A stretch of 64,000 nt of DNA from Camelus ferus (taxonomy: Eukaryota). The DNA lies in assembly GCF_009834535.1 (NCBI RefSeq), contig NC_045696.1, positions 8,000,001 to 8,064,000 of the forward strand, read 5' to 3'. The notes beneath the pieces were generated by a model. That model was not told where the DNA came from. It did no database searches and saw nothing but the letters and a program-made list of their open reading frames with translations. Within the stretch, counting starts at the first letter, position 1; each line of letters begins with the position of its first letter. Below are positions 61,338 through 64,000 of the stretch, in pieces. The position numbers and the translations under genes were made by a program.

Positions 61338-63274
61338 ACGAAGTCAGCAAACTGAACAATGTGATATTCCTATCTCCTTTCCTCTGCTGAGCTTCCAGAA
61401 CTAGCAGCCAGGTTTATATATGCCATGGCAGGAGACTAGAGGTAGAATTCATCTCTGGAAAACTGAATTTCTAAAATTTCTATTTGGTTCTTTTACAACA
61501 GTGTCAGGCCATTCTGAATAGCTTCCTCCAACCCTCCACCACTTTAAAAAATTTACTTTAAAAGTTTTAAGTTACTTCAAACATACTCATTTTACAGTCT
61601 AGCACTTCCATTCTTTAGGGTCAACAGATACTGCCACAGGGTGCCCCAACAACAGCTGGCTTTTTCCCCCTAATCACCCAACACTGACGCCCACCAAAGA
61701 ACTAACTGTACCCATGTATGAACATCTTTCGGTCAACATTTAGTGTCTCGCTTGGAAATACAAGCAGAAATCTATTCACCTCCAAACACTTGAGAATGTG
61801 TAAAATTAGAATCAAAAACAACACACAGTGAAAAGAACATAAATAGAGGCAATGCAATGAGCAAAAGACACTTCAAAAATACTATGATTAATATGCCCAG
61901 TGGTAAGAACAAATATTTTGTTGAGAGAGATTTTAAAAAGACATTCAGAGAATAAGACAGTGTTTACAATAATAAAATATATAAGAGAAAGCTAGGGGAT
62001 CAAGTGGAGATATCTCCCAGAAAAGAAAAGAAAAAGCAATGGGAAGGAAAACAGGAAACAAATGAGAACAGAAAAATAGAGGGAAAATTTTTGTCAAATA
62101 AAAAAGAAAAATCTCCAGATATTAAGGACTTGATTTTCCAGCCTAAGCACCAGTACAAAGCATAGCACTCTATTAAACAATCAAGCATGCCGTTAACATC
62201 CTGAGAGAAATCATTCCTAATCTAGAATTACAAGCCAGCCAAATTATATGTAAGGAAAGAGCAAGGGCAGCATAAACATATTCCCAAGAAAAGACGTAAG
62301 AATATACTTCCCATGAACTCTGTTCTTAGAACGCTATACCTGTTTTTGGAAAAACAGAAAGGATTCACTGCTGCCAGTAACAAAAACAGCAAATATTTAC
62401 TGTGTGCTTATGGCACACACAGGACCTTTATAAGACCTTTAAATGTATCTGCTGGTTTAATTTTTAAAACAACCCCTTAGGTGGTAAGACTGTTACTCTC
62501 ATCCTTTAGGTCACACATCCAGTTGTCAGTCAGAATCTGAATCCAGGGAGGGTTCCATAACCCACACTCTCAAGTCACTAATTTATTGTTGCCTGCCAAA
62601 GGAGTAACCCCCAAAAGCGGAATATGTGGTGGAATGGAGACAGAACAAAAAGGGGAAGGAAACTTCCCTCCAAAAATGATAAAGGGAAGTCCCCAAATTA
62701 CAACTGAGCCAACCAAACTGACAAAATATTGGGTGTGCTTAAATACACCTGGAAAAGATTTTCCAGTTCTCTGAAAGTTTGGATGAAATAGTGATCAGTA
62801 CAGAGAAAAACTAAACAAAATACAAATTGATTAGTAACTTCAGGGAAAACAAAAAGCTATATAGCAAAGAAAATGCAACCATAGTTCTGGTTGGCTCATT
62901 TGTGAATAATGTGAAGAGTGTTAACCAATCATATAGTAATTCAACCAAAAAAAAGTGACATACACATTAGAAGGCTGAGAGGAGGTGAAGAGTGTATGTG
63001 TCAGCTAAATCTACAGCAGGATTTCTGTGAAACAGCAAGACAGTATCAGAATTTTACTTAGAAAGATGGAGGCAAAAAACAAAAATTTAAGTTTCTGTCA
63101 CTCTGTGTTCCTTTCCGGGATCCGCAGACTTCCTAATGATTTTTTAAAATTTGCATACATTGTGGTTCACCTTTTGTGCCTTAGGTTCTAGGGCTTTTGA
63201 CAAATGCATAAGCTCATTAATTCCTAGGTCCTCTCCTAATGCAAGCATTTGAGTGCTACAACAAAGGAACGAAC

Positions 63275-63455
63275 ATGCCTTTATTCAAAGAAACTTTATT
63301 TATGGGAACTGAAATATCTATGTCACAGAATTTTCACGTTACGAAATACTTTTCTTTGATTTGTTTTCCCCCCAACCATTTAAGGATAGTGTGCCATACA
63401 AAAACAGGTGGCAGGTTGGATTTGGCCCATAAACTGTAGTTTGCCAACTCCTGTC
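63275..63455 (-). mobile_element. MER58-like hAT remnant
   Basis: AAAAACAGGTGGCAGGTTGGATTTGGCCCATAAACTGTAGTTTGCCAACTCCTG. Confidence 0.65.
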
Positions 63456-64000
63456 CTAAAGCAAAAGACCAGTGGAAATGCCAGTCCATAAACTGCAGAT
63501 GGGAGATTTCTGTCAATAAGATTCCAAAAAGCCCATATTACTCACAAAAGACAGATATAGCACATAGACAGCTGCTACACCCAGAGAGCCAGCTAACAAC
63601 ACTAGTCTCTTAAAACTATCTTGACCCTTATCCTTGCTCCCTTTGTTTTCTCAGTCTTGAAGAGACAGAGACGGCAACTTGGGAAGAGCTGGGGAAGGGA
63701 GAAGAGAATCCAACTGCAGAAACAGCAAGGAAAAAAAATAAGTTCACTCCTTTTCCTCACCAGTTTTCTGGGACAGAATTTGGCCCAATCTGAGAAGGAG
63801 CAGGCTTTAAACCGAGTAAGAGCTTTCAAAGTAGTTAAGGTCAGATTTAACACTACCTGAGGCTAAATGGAAAGCGTTAGAATCTGCTCAGATTCACCCC
63901 AGTGAGTTAGCAAATAATGTTTAAAGCCCGTGGTAAGAAAGAATAAAGTTGCTCTCAGTATTCCATCTACGTATTAACTATCTCATTCAATAAACCAGTT

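Overview
Mammalian genomic DNA, most likely a camelid (seven tRNA-derived SINEs resembling the camelid vic-1 family). It carries two tandem minus-strand spliced genes in the order known from human chr21q22: MORC3 (coding exons 2-17 at 56891-29607, 2778 coding nt in the window; exon 1 lies beyond 64000) and the complete CHAF1B gene (13 coding exons at 19750-3501, 1680 nt, 559 aa, CpG-island promoter at about 20050-20800). I located the exon boundaries by hand and they join in frame. The rest is introns and intergenic DNA with L1, L2, MIR, hAT/Tigger elements, a probable solo LTR and microsatellites. There is no new gene family, CRISPR array or prokaryotic system. The most interesting signals concern RNA processing. 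(1) MORC3 exons 5-7 are bracketed by two minor-spliceosome (U12) introns, and a U12 back-splice would give a 420-nt circle with a stop-free frame. (2) A duplicated fragment of exon 8 in intron 5 forms a candidate 29-nt poison micro-exon. (3) CHAF1B has an overlapping uORF that depends on 3' splice-site choice and a T9 run. (4) Several short locally templated insertions sit in or beside L1 copies. Comparisons with human sequences and repeat family names are from memory and need database confirmation.
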